Made by a program: the position numbers and the translations under genes. A DNA stretch of 64,000 bases from an uncultured candidate division Zixibacteria bacterium (GTDB taxonomy: Bacteria; Zixibacteria; MSB-5A5; GN15; FEB-12), in assembly GCA_963664195.1 (NCBI GenBank), contig OY760907.1:1280001-1344000 (forward strand). The letters run 5' to 3'. The notes beneath the pieces were generated by a model that saw only the letters and a list, made by a program, of their open reading frames with translations, was not told the origin of the DNA and did no database searches. Shown one piece after another: positions 38,387 to 47,423 of the stretch. The first letter of the stretch is position 1. Each line of letters begins with the position of its first letter.

Positions 38387-39499
38387 TTACTCCGCAAGCC
38401 GCAGCGGCATGATCAGGCAGAGGAAATCTTCTTTGGAGACCTCGGTACTGTACACCAGACCGGCGGCCACAGGAGAAGACAACTCGAATACGACATCATC
38501 GCTATCGATCTTGCCGAGAATCTCCGAGACATATGTGGCGTTATAGCCGATCTCTACCGCATCCCCTTCAAAATCGCATCCAATCTCCTCGACACCTTCA
38601 CCGCCAACATCCGCGTTGCTGGTCGAGAGCGTCAGTTTCGATTTCTTCAATCCAAACTTCACCTGATGTGTAAGCGCATTGGAGAGAATCGACACACGCC
38701 TCACAGCACCACCGAGATCAGCCTTTGAGACCTGCATCTTCTTGTCGTTTTTGGTCGGAATAACCTGCTCGAAATTCGGATATGGGCCCTCAATCAAACG
38801 CGAGGTGAGGATTGTGTCACCCAGATTAAAGATGATATTGTTTTCACCAAAGATAATCCCAATCTCACCAATCCCACTCTCAGAGAATTTGGGAATCAAG
38901 TTCAAAACCTTCGGCGGCACGATGATATCTTCGTTCAATCCCTTCAATTTCGGATTGTCCACCGCGGCCTTCGCCAGACGATGTCCATCGGTGGCAACCA
39001 TCTGCATCTTGTCACCTTTGGTCTGCCAGAGGATACCGTTGAGCGCCGGACGGGTTTCATCGGTAGAACAGGCGAAAGTTGTCTTTCTGATCATGGCCAC
39101 AAAATCGCCGCCGTTGATCTTGATTTCCTTCTTAGTATTGACCGCCGGAAGTTTCGGAAAATCATCAGGAGAGACCGAAGCTATTTTGTAAGAACCGTTG
39201 GCTATCTTAACCTCGACCCGCGAGTTCACGGATTCAATAGTGATATCAGCCTCGGGCAATTCTTTGACAATGTCAAACAGGATCCGAGCCGGCAGAGCGA
39301 CCGATCCTTTTTTGACAACATCACACACCACCGTCCCTGTGATCGACATGTCAAGATCGGTGGCAGAGATCTTTAGCTTGCCGTCGAGAGCCTCGATCAG
39401 CACATTGGTCAGAATAGGTAATGTCGATTTCGTGGGGACTACTTGCAGGACAGATTGCAGACAACCGGCAAGTTTTGATTTCGGTAATGAGAATTTCAT
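38387..39499 (-). CDS. dnaN: DNA polymerase III beta sliding clamp
   Basis: ATDLD, VATDGHRL, SRLIEGPYP, LIMPLR. Confidence 0.97.
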   Translation of the reverse strand: MKFSLPKSKLAGCLQSVLQVVPTKSTLPILTNVLIEALDGKLKISATDLDMSITGTVVCDVVKKGSVALPARILFDIVKELPEADITIESVNSRVEVKIANGSYKIASVSPDDFPKLPAVNTKKEIKINGGDFVAMIRKTTFACSTDETRPALNGILWQTKGDKMQMVATDGHRLAKAAVDNPKLKGLNEDIIVPPKVLNLIPKFSESGIGEIGIIFGENNIIFNLGDTILTSRLIEGPYPNFEQVIPTKNDKKMQVSKADLGGAVRRVSILSNALTHQVKFGLKKSKLTLSTSNADVGGEGVEEIGCDFEGDAVEIGYNATYVSEILGKIDSDDVVFELSSPVAAGLVYSTEVSKEDFLCLIMPLRLAE

Positions 39500-39785
39500 C
39501 TATTCTCTCTCTCCAGTACGAAGCATGTTAACATTCTACTTCTTAACAAAACAAGTATATATCTAAAAAGCAATAGTAATAGGTTCTGTTGACATGTGCA
39601 CAAGCGCCAAACAACGCTGCTGAAAGCAACTTTTCCTCTTGTCACACAGATACTTAACTTCTATTACCAATTCACACATACTCAACAGTCACGCTCTCAT
39701 CTATCAACAAATCCGGCAGGATATCTACATAAAAACGGCTGATGATCCTGTCCACACAACACTCCACACAGTTCTCCACAGTCAT
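39500..39785. other. Replication origin oriC (dnaA-dnaN intergenic part)
   Basis: DnaA-box-like 9-mers (TTCTCCACA 39772, CTGTCCACA 39748, CTATCAACA 39701), DnaA-trio-like tract and AT-rich segment. Confidence 0.85.
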
Positions 39786-41150
39786 CTAGTAGAGAAGTGC
39801 AGCCGATATCTTGTCTATTTTCTCGCGGAACGTCGGGTCGGTCGACATCTTCCGGGCTACCAAATCACACGCATGAATCACAGTAGAATGATCCCTGCCA
39901 CCAAACTCACCACCGATTACTTTCAGTGAATTCTCCGTAAGAGATCGCGAAAGATACATGGCTACCTGGCGCGCCAGCGCCACTATGGCAGTCTTTTTCT
40001 TGGCCGTCATTAACTGCGGATCCACCTTGAAATGTTCGGCGGTCTTGCGCTGAATCGACGAAATGCTCAGTTCCTTCTTCTTCGTCCCAACCGTATCAGA
40101 AAGGACTCTCTGGGCTAATTCAACGTTCAGCGGCACTTTCTTTAACGAAGCATACGCCAGCAGACGATTGAGCGCCCCCTCAAGCTCACGCACGTTGGTC
40201 GTGACCACATCGGCAATATACCTTGCAACATCCTCCGAAAGCGTAATACCTTCAGACTCGAGTTTCTTATAGAGAATGGCCGTGCGGTTTTCCAAGTCCG
40301 GTGCTTGAAGGTCGGTCACGAGTCCCCAGGAGAACCGAGATAGCAGTCGTTCTTCTAACCCCTTGATGTCCCTCGGGGCGCGATCCGAAGTTAGAATGAT
40401 CTGTTTACCGGCGTGATAAAGGGCATTGAAGGTATGGAAGAACTGCTCCTGCGTTCCTTCCTTGCCGGTGAAGAACTGGATGTCATCGATGATAAGTACA
40501 TCGACGTCCCGGTAGAAGCGTGTGAAGTCCGCAATAGAGCGGTCAGAGATAGCGCTGATGAAATCCGAGGTGAACTTCTCTGACGACGCATACATCACCC
40601 GCTTGGTCGGATACTGTTCGAGAATCTCGTGCCCGATAGCCTGAACGATGTGTGTTTTGCCGAGTCCGGTGCCACCGTAGATATACAGCGGGTTGTACTT
40701 ATTCATCCCGGGCGCTTCGGCAACCACCTTTGAGGCGGCACACGGGAACTGGTTAAAATCACCCACAACAAGCGTGTCAAACCGGTAACGCTCACTCAGG
40801 TTATGATTCGTGGCTGGCATTACCTGACGCACGTTGACAATTGGAGTCGGACTATCCAGCGGCAGCGCCGTCTGCTCGTCGTCCTCCGTTTGCCCTGTTA
40901 TGACGTACACTATTTCCTGCCGTTCGCCGGTGACCTCTACAAAGGCTTCATGGACGAGATCGAGAAAATGGTCCTGAATCCAATCAGCAACGAACTGATT
41001 GGGTACGGCGATCTTAAACTCGCCGTTGTCACTTGGCTCCCCCTTCGTCGGTTTCAGCCAAGTGTTGAAAGACTGCTGCTTGAGTCGTCGACTCATATAG
41101 ACCAAGCAGTCTTCCCATTGTTGCGAATTACCAATAATATTAGGTATCAA
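39786..41150 (-). CDS. dnaA: Chromosomal replication initiator DnaA
   Basis: YNPLYIYGGTGLGKTH, IDDIQF, QEQFFHTFN, GGRDHSTVIHA. Confidence 0.98.
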   Translation of the reverse strand: MIPNIIGNSQQWEDCLVYMSRRLKQQSFNTWLKPTKGEPSDNGEFKIAVPNQFVADWIQDHFLDLVHEAFVEVTGERQEIVYVITGQTEDDEQTALPLDSPTPIVNVRQVMPATNHNLSERYRFDTLVVGDFNQFPCAASKVVAEAPGMNKYNPLYIYGGTGLGKTHIVQAIGHEILEQYPTKRVMYASSEKFTSDFISAISDRSIADFTRFYRDVDVLIIDDIQFFTGKEGTQEQFFHTFNALYHAGKQIILTSDRAPRDIKGLEERLLSRFSWGLVTDLQAPDLENRTAILYKKLESEGITLSEDVARYIADVVTTNVRELEGALNRLLAYASLKKVPLNVELAQRVLSDTVGTKKKELSISSIQRKTAEHFKVDPQLMTAKKKTAIVALARQVAMYLSRSLTENSLKVIGGEFGGRDHSTVIHACDLVARKMSTDPTFREKIDKISAALLY

Positions 41151-41179
41151 GTCGCATCCCCGTTCGTCTTAATACAATC

Positions 41180-41360
41180 AACATTTCCACATTTAGCTAA
41201 GTTATTGACCGATGGTCGCGATAGATCGAAAGCTGAAGTTTAACGACATTCTGTCCACAATCTTATCAACAATTCGGGCTAAAACAGAAACCGGTAACAT
41301 GTTGTGAGGCAACAGCCACACGCATAAACCTGGTGGTTTATCAACAAGTTGTTCACATGT
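41180..41360. promoter_or_regulatory. DnaA-box cluster upstream of dnaA
   Basis: CTGTCCACA (41251), TTATCAACA twice (about 41263 and 41338), ATTTCCACA (about 41183). Confidence 0.7.
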
Positions 41361-41569
41361 CGGGGGTCAATAGCATTCATAGGTATAAATATCAGATAGC
41401 CGATCCGCCGTCAAGCGCGCGCCTGCTTTTTATACAGAAATTTCTGAACTGCTTGCTTTGTGGGCTGTTATGCCGATGACAAAAAAGCAGAAGCTATCAG
41501 TCAGCCGCGTGTGACCGACTATATTAAATTCGCATTATGCGCAGGGGGCGTTGCAGCAAGGGCTTATCG

Positions 41570-42625
41570 CTACTCCATGTCATCTATCTTCTGTGCGATA
41601 TCCCGGAATGTCTTTACCTGGAACTCATCCCCGTCTTCCGCAACCGGCTTGCCGGAATCAGCACCCTCGCGGATCGACGTCATCAACGGAATCTCGCCAA
41701 GCATGTCCACACCAAGTCGCCCGGCCAGATCTTTGCCGCCGTCCTTGCCGAAAATATAGTCGCGCTGACCATCGTGATCATAGTAGGCCATGTTTTCAAC
41801 CACACCGATCACCTTCATCTTCGTACGTTCCGCCAATTTGGCCACGCGACCTGCCACATGTGTAGCGGTTGCCTGCGGCGTTGTGATGACCAACAACTCC
41901 GCTGTCGGAATAGCCTGTGCGATTGTCAACGTCACGTCACCGGTGCCCGGGGGAAGATCCAGAAATAGATAATCAAGGTCATCCCACATCACATCGGAGA
42001 TGAACTGGTTAATCGCTTTGTGAAGCAAAGGTCCGCGCCAGATAACGGGTTCATCCTCCTTAACGAAAAAACCCATCGACACGACCTGAAGGTTGTCCCC
42101 GCGGCGAAGCGGCACGAGCTTGTCGTCGATACCGGTCGGTTCGCCGGATACACCAAGCATGCGCGGAATGGAGAATCCGTAGACATCAGCATCGAGCAGA
42201 CCGACCTTCTTTCCCATTTTGGCCAACGCAACGGCGAGGTTTGTGGTTACGGTGGACTTACCCACACCGCCCTTACCGGATGAAACAGCGATGAAACGTT
42301 TGGCAAAATCAGCCGAGCGAGGCTCCGCACCTGGAGCACTGCTCATGCCCAGTTTCTCCTTGAGCTTGTTGCGCTGCTCATCAGTCATAACGTCGAACTC
42401 GACTTTGACTATCTGGACACCCTCGATCGCACGCACACCGTTGACAATGTCGTCGGTGATGCGCTTCTTCAGCGGACAACCCGGAACGGTCAGGGTGATT
42501 GCTACTGTCACCGTGCCACCGTCGATTTCCACAGACTTAACCATGTCAAGCTCGGTGAACGGCTTGCCCAGCTCGGGGTCGTTGATCCCGCCAAGGACTT
42601 TCATTACGGCATCTTTTGTAACCAT
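41570..42625 (-). CDS. mrp: Mrp/NBP35 (ApbC/SalA-like) ATP-binding protein
   Basis: N-terminal DPEL/GCP domain, GKGGVGKST, WRGP, DLPPGTGD, VVENM. Confidence 0.92.
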   Translation of the reverse strand: MVTKDAVMKVLGGINDPELGKPFTELDMVKSVEIDGGTVTVAITLTVPGCPLKKRITDDIVNGVRAIEGVQIVKVEFDVMTDEQRNKLKEKLGMSSAPGAEPRSADFAKRFIAVSSGKGGVGKSTVTTNLAVALAKMGKKVGLLDADVYGFSIPRMLGVSGEPTGIDDKLVPLRRGDNLQVVSMGFFVKEDEPVIWRGPLLHKAINQFISDVMWDDLDYLFLDLPPGTGDVTLTIAQAIPTAELLVITTPQATATHVAGRVAKLAERTKMKVIGVVENMAYYDHDGQRDYIFGKDGGKDLAGRLGVDMLGEIPLMTSIREGADSGKPVAEDGDEFQVKTFRDIAQKIDDME

Positions 42626-42774
42626 ATATTACCTCTGGCCCACAGGCCTGATAAGCGTCATAAAACTCTCTTGCTGCAACCATGATAGCACAGCGCAAGC
42701 AATATACAAGATGCAGAGGAAATGAAAAGCGGTTTTATGGGAGTCTCCGAGAGTGTCCGTCGAGCGTCAACTGC

Positions 42775-43302
42775 TTACGGTTCCGTCGTTTCGGGCAATT
42801 CGCCCGTACTCGAATCATCACTCGATTGGTCGTGTTTCTGGAAGAAAAAGACATACACAATCATAAACACAATCGCACAACTGATAGCCGCATCGGCGAC
42901 ATTGAATATCCAGAATCGTTCGAGCTTGTATCCCATTATGTCGACGTCCCAGAAATCCACATCAATGAAGTCGACAACCTGTCCGATATTGATACGATCT
43001 ATGAGGTTACCGAGTGCACCACCCGCTATGAACGACAGGGGCAGCGCAATAACCCGATGATCGCGATTTCGATAGATAAACAGCAGCAAAAACGGGAGAA
43101 CCAGAAGCGCCATCACGAGATAATATGTCGAGGACCCGAGCTGGGTGCCCATCGCCCCCCCCTGATTGTACACGAGAGTGAATCGGAGGAAATCTCCGAG
43201 AACCCGCAGAGAGGGTTGGTTGGTCAGTGATTCGACCGCCCACATCTTGGTAATCTGATCTGCCGCGACAACCGCTAACACGATCACGAACGGCCATATC
43301 AA
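42775..43302 (-). CDS. lspA: Lipoprotein signal peptidase II
   Basis: ADQITK, GALGNLIDR, VVDFI, FNVAD; start uncertain (TTG 43302 or CTG 43326). Confidence 0.93.
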   Translation of the reverse strand: MIWPFVIVLAVVAADQITKMWAVESLTNQPSLRVLGDFLRFTLVYNQGGAMGTQLGSSTYYLVMALLVLPFLLLFIYRNRDHRVIALPLSFIAGGALGNLIDRINIGQVVDFIDVDFWDVDIMGYKLERFWIFNVADAAISCAIVFMIVYVFFFQKHDQSSDDSSTGELPETTEP

Positions 43303-43306
43303 CAGT

Positions 43307-43696
43307 TTAAGATTTTTCGCGGCCAGCCTTCTTTTCCTCTTCCTCAGACTTACACTGAATGCACAGGCGGGCATGTGGTACAGCTTTCAGGCGCGGGCGC
43401 TGAATCTGTTTGCCACAGGAATGGCATTTTCCATAAGTGCCGGCCTCGATTCGACGCAAGGCTTCTTCGATGTGGTAAACCAGCCGCTCGGACTTGGAAG
43501 AAAACGCGAACGCCATTTCCCGTTCCATATTGTCCGTGCCCTGATCAGCCATGTGATAGGAGTAGTGGGATAGGTCCCCGGTGGCGTCCTTGATCGTGCT
43601 ACCGTGCCTTTCGCTGATGACTCCCATCTCCTTGAGCAATTCGACTCTCTTATCTAAGAGCAGCTTTTCGAACTTTTTCAGATCTTCCTGCTTCAT
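43307..43696 (-). CDS. TraR/DksA C4-type zinc finger protein
   Basis: HMADQGTD, GTYGKCHSCG..RLKAVPHARLCIQC. Confidence 0.92.
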   Translation of the reverse strand: MKQEDLKKFEKLLLDKRVELLKEMGVISERHGSTIKDATGDLSHYSYHMADQGTDNMEREMAFAFSSKSERLVYHIEEALRRIEAGTYGKCHSCGKQIQRPRLKAVPHARLCIQCKSEEEEKKAGREKS

Positions 43697-43709
43697 CTCG
43701 GTCTCCCGT

Positions 43710-46700
43710 TCAGACCTTATATACTGCGATTGCCGTTTTTTCTCCGTTAATGTCCCAATCTGTCAAGCCGTCCAGACCCGTCTCTATGAACTCCAGGGAC
43801 TCCGCAAGGGTTTCATTACACACAAACTCTTCGTGTGCCGACACAGCCGCTTGGAGCTTTTCGGTCGCCAGCACTTTGATAGTGATTTTGTCGGTCACTT
43901 CAAGCCCGGAGGTCTTACGCACGTTCTGGATCTTGTTTACCAGCTCCCGTGCAAATCCCTCAGCGATAAGCTCTTCGGTCAATATGGTGACCAATGCAAG
44001 CGCCACCGGACCATCGGACTCAACGGCTACACCCTCGTTTTCGTTACGGATGATCTCTACTTCTTCTGTCGTCAAAACAACGTCGGAACCAAGCGGTTCG
44101 ATCACCAATTCGCCCGATTCGGCAAACTTTTTGGCCTGCTCGCCGGTCAACTGATTCACAAACGCCGCCGCTTGTTTGACGTTGCCGCCGAGTTTTGGAC
44201 CGGCTGCCTTGAAATTCAACTTGGCGCCGTATGTGATGTATTCATCGAGACTGTCCGCCGACAGGATCTCTTTGACGTTCAACTCTTTGAGGATAATATC
44301 CTGATACGCAAGGAGGTCATCGAATTCCACATTTACCGGCAGAGTGACCATGATTTTCGATAGCGGCTGACGGACTTTGAGGTTCATCCTCGTTCGTGCC
44401 GCCCGACCCAGAGAGACCAGCTTCTCAACCAACCCCATGGTCTCTTCGAGATTGATGTCGATCAACGATTCGTCCGCTTTCGGGAAATCGGTCATGTGAA
44501 CCGACAATGGTGCTCCATTCAATCCGGCCTTACCGGACATCAGTTCCTGCCAGATCAACTCCGAAATCATCGGACTGACCGGAGCCGCAAGGCGACAAAC
44601 ACCCTCAAGCATCTGGTGCAGAGTCAAGTAGGCACGCATTTTTGACGGGTCGTCACCCTTCGCCCAGAACCGGCGACGGTTATTCCTCACGTACCAGTTC
44701 GACAGCTCCTCGATCACGAAATGCTGAATCGCCCGCACTGGTTTGGTCAGTTCGTAGGCGTCGAAGCCTTTGGTGACTTCTTTTGCCAGTGAGTTGAATC
44801 GCGACACGATCCATTTGTCAAACGTATCAGGTTCACCCGCTTTGCTTTCGAGGAATTCCTTGACGGTCATTTCGCCTTTAGATGCCCGCTCCACTACCTT
44901 ATCGATATTGGCGTACATCGCAAAAAACGAATAGGTGTTGCGGAGCGTATCAAAATACTTGCGGATGACTTCCTGCAAACCGGCCATGTCAAATTTCGTC
45001 GGCAACCAGGGGTTCGAGGTCGACACGAGGTACCAGCGCACGGGATCTGCCCCGTACTTGTCGATAGTCTTGAACGGATCGACCACATTCCCCTTATGCT
45101 TGGACATCTTTTTGCCTTCTTTGTCCAGGATAAACTCAAGGACGATCACGTTCTTGAACGGCTCCTTGTCGAACATCATGGTCGAAATCGCCAGCAAAGA
45201 ATAGAACCAGCCACGGGTTTGGTCGACCGCTTCAGAGATGAAGTCCGCCGGGTACTTGGTATCGAAAACGTCTTTGTTCTCAAAAGGATAGTGCCACTGA
45301 GCGTACGGCATCGCGCCCGAGTCAAACCAGACATCGATAAGCTCCGGCACACGCGTCATCGTACTGCCGCACTCGCAAGTCAGTTTGACGTTGTCCACCA
45401 TCGGCTTATGCAGGTCAACATCGGGAGGAACGTCGATTCCTTCTTTGCGAAGCTGCTCGATTGATCCGACCGCCCGTTTTTTGCCGCACTTGTCATCGTC
45501 ACAGATCCAGATCGGAAGCGGCGTGCCCCAGAACCGTTCGCGGGAGATCGCCCAATCGACATTATTCTCCAGCCAGTTGAGCATGCGACCGGTACGGATT
45601 TCGTCCGGGTGCCAGTTGATCGCGTTGTTGTTTTTGATCAACTGATCGCGGAACTGTGTGGTCTTGATATACCAGGACTCACGAGCAATGTAGATCAGCG
45701 GCGAATCGCAACGCCAACAGAACGGGTAGTTGTGCTCGTACTTCTCCTTTTTGAACATCTTGCGGGCCGCTTTGAGATCGATGATGATCTGCGGGTCGGC
45801 ATCCTTGATGAACATACCGGCGTATTTACCGCCAACTTCCTTGAACAGACCGTTGGGCGTGATCGCCTGGAGAACCGGAAGGCCGTATTTCTGACCGACC
45901 TCATAATCGTCCGCACCAAACCCGGGAGCAACATGAACAATACCGGTGCCATCGTCGAGCGTAACAAAATCGCCGGTGATGACATAGAAGGCTTTGTCGT
46001 CGTATTCTTTGTAGAAGTCGAAGAGCGGCTCGTACTTACGCTTGACGTACTCACTCCCTTTTTTGCGATCGAGGATTTCGACATCATCGCCGAACAGCTT
46101 CGGAACCAACGCCTCGGCGAGGACGAGTTTTTCATCCTCATGCTCGATCATCACGTAATCCGCGTCCGCTTTCATGCAGAGAGCAGCATTCGAGGGGAGC
46201 GTCCAGGGGGTCGTGGTCCAGACGAGATAGCTGAAATCAGCGTCGGCAGCTTTCATCTTGACAAAAATCGACGGGTCTTTCACCATCGAATAGCCCTGCG
46301 CTACCTCGTGGGAGGACAGCCCTGTCCCACAGCGCGGGCAGAACGGGACGGTCTTATAGCCCTTATAGATGAGATCACGGTCGAACAGATTCTTGAGAAT
46401 GTGCCAAACCGATTCAACATAATCGTTGGTCAGCGTGATATAAGCGTCGTCGAGATCGAGCCAGTATCCGATCCGACGGGTGATATCGTTCCATTCTTTG
46501 AGGTACTTGAAAACCGATTCGCGGCATTTCTGGTTGAAGTTTTCGACGCCGTACTCGACAACTCTGGCTTTGGATTCGAGTTTGAGTTGTTTTTCGACTT
46601 CGATTTCAACCGGGAGCCCGTGGGTATCCCAGCCGGCTTTGCGGTCCACGCGGAACCCCTGCATGGCCTTATATCGACAGACTAAGTCTTTGACAGTGCG

Positions 46701-46883
46701 CGAGATAACGTGATGGATGCCGGGCCGACCGTTGGCCGTCGGGGGGCCTTCGTAGAAGACAAAATGCGGGCGATCTTTGGCGGCTTCGGCGGCTTTGTGG
46801 AAGACGTCGTTTTCATCCCAGAACGCCAGGACTTTTTCTTCGGCTTTTGGCAGCGAGAAAGATTCTTTAAGTGGGTCAAACAT
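43710..46883 (-). CDS. ileS: Isoleucine--tRNA ligase, type 2
   Basis: EGPPTANGRPGIHH, GWDTHGLPVE, WTTTPWTLP, KMSKH, DQTRGWF. Confidence 0.97.
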   Translation of the reverse strand: MFDPLKESFSLPKAEEKVLAFWDENDVFHKAAEAAKDRPHFVFYEGPPTANGRPGIHHVISRTVKDLVCRYKAMQGFRVDRKAGWDTHGLPVEIEVEKQLKLESKARVVEYGVENFNQKCRESVFKYLKEWNDITRRIGYWLDLDDAYITLTNDYVESVWHILKNLFDRDLIYKGYKTVPFCPRCGTGLSSHEVAQGYSMVKDPSIFVKMKAADADFSYLVWTTTPWTLPSNAALCMKADADYVMIEHEDEKLVLAEALVPKLFGDDVEILDRKKGSEYVKRKYEPLFDFYKEYDDKAFYVITGDFVTLDDGTGIVHVAPGFGADDYEVGQKYGLPVLQAITPNGLFKEVGGKYAGMFIKDADPQIIIDLKAARKMFKKEKYEHNYPFCWRCDSPLIYIARESWYIKTTQFRDQLIKNNNAINWHPDEIRTGRMLNWLENNVDWAISRERFWGTPLPIWICDDDKCGKKRAVGSIEQLRKEGIDVPPDVDLHKPMVDNVKLTCECGSTMTRVPELIDVWFDSGAMPYAQWHYPFENKDVFDTKYPADFISEAVDQTRGWFYSLLAISTMMFDKEPFKNVIVLEFILDKEGKKMSKHKGNVVDPFKTIDKYGADPVRWYLVSTSNPWLPTKFDMAGLQEVIRKYFDTLRNTYSFFAMYANIDKVVERASKGEMTVKEFLESKAGEPDTFDKWIVSRFNSLAKEVTKGFDAYELTKPVRAIQHFVIEELSNWYVRNNRRRFWAKGDDPSKMRAYLTLHQMLEGVCRLAAPVSPMISELIWQELMSGKAGLNGAPLSVHMTDFPKADESLIDINLEETMGLVEKLVSLGRAARTRMNLKVRQPLSKIMVTLPVNVEFDDLLAYQDIILKELNVKEILSADSLDEYITYGAKLNFKAAGPKLGGNVKQAAAFVNQLTGEQAKKFAESGELVIEPLGSDVVLTTEEVEIIRNENEGVAVESDGPVALALVTILTEELIAEGFARELVNKIQNVRKTSGLEVTDKITIKVLATEKLQAAVSAHEEFVCNETLAESLEFIETGLDGLTDWDINGEKTAIAVYKV

Positions 46884-47044
46884 TATAATATCCAATCGTG
46901 TATAGCCGCCTAATTTAGCCGAATATTGAGCCATTTGCAAAGAGTTTTTGGGCGGCGTAGCCGCTTAGCTTTCCTCGCAGGGGCTTTCATGTTGTACGGG
47001 AGGAGGAAGAATGGGAGGGGATTACGGATTGTACTGTCGTTTTG

Positions 47045-47392
47045 TGGCCCACCCGTGCCTCGGGTGGGATATAAGTCGGAACCAGCTCTTGTTGGTCAGC
47101 CCCGTCTTCGGGACTGACATCTTATGTGCAGTGGAAACCAGTCAAGTCACCCAGCCAAACGAGACGGTAAAACCAATCGAGTCACCCTGAGCCTGTCGAA
47201 GGGTGCGCTACTCGATTGTTCTTGCCTTGGTGCCGCACTGCTTGCGCCCGCGCGCCGGGGCGTGGTGAGATTCAGATTCTCCCACCCGACGCATCGCCAC
47301 GAGTGGCATCGCTTCGCTCGCTCTGGGCGGGGTACCGAAGAGGAATGACTCCCCCTAAGCTCTTGTAGGGCGGATCCGTCTTCAAATCCGCC
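47045..47392. repeat. Cluster of REP-like palindromes
   Basis: CCCACCCG/CGGGTGGG (47048-68), GTCAG..CTGAC (47095-118), GTCACCCTGAGCCTGTCGAAGGGTG (47181-205), GTAG-type REP (47365-92). Confidence 0.7.
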
Positions 47393-47423
47393 ACGACGAC
47401 CCCTACGCCGCCTCGTCCTAGCT

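Noticed and set aside
47045..47400. CRISPR array
   Set aside because: The palindromes differ from each other, are not regularly spaced, and no cas genes are present
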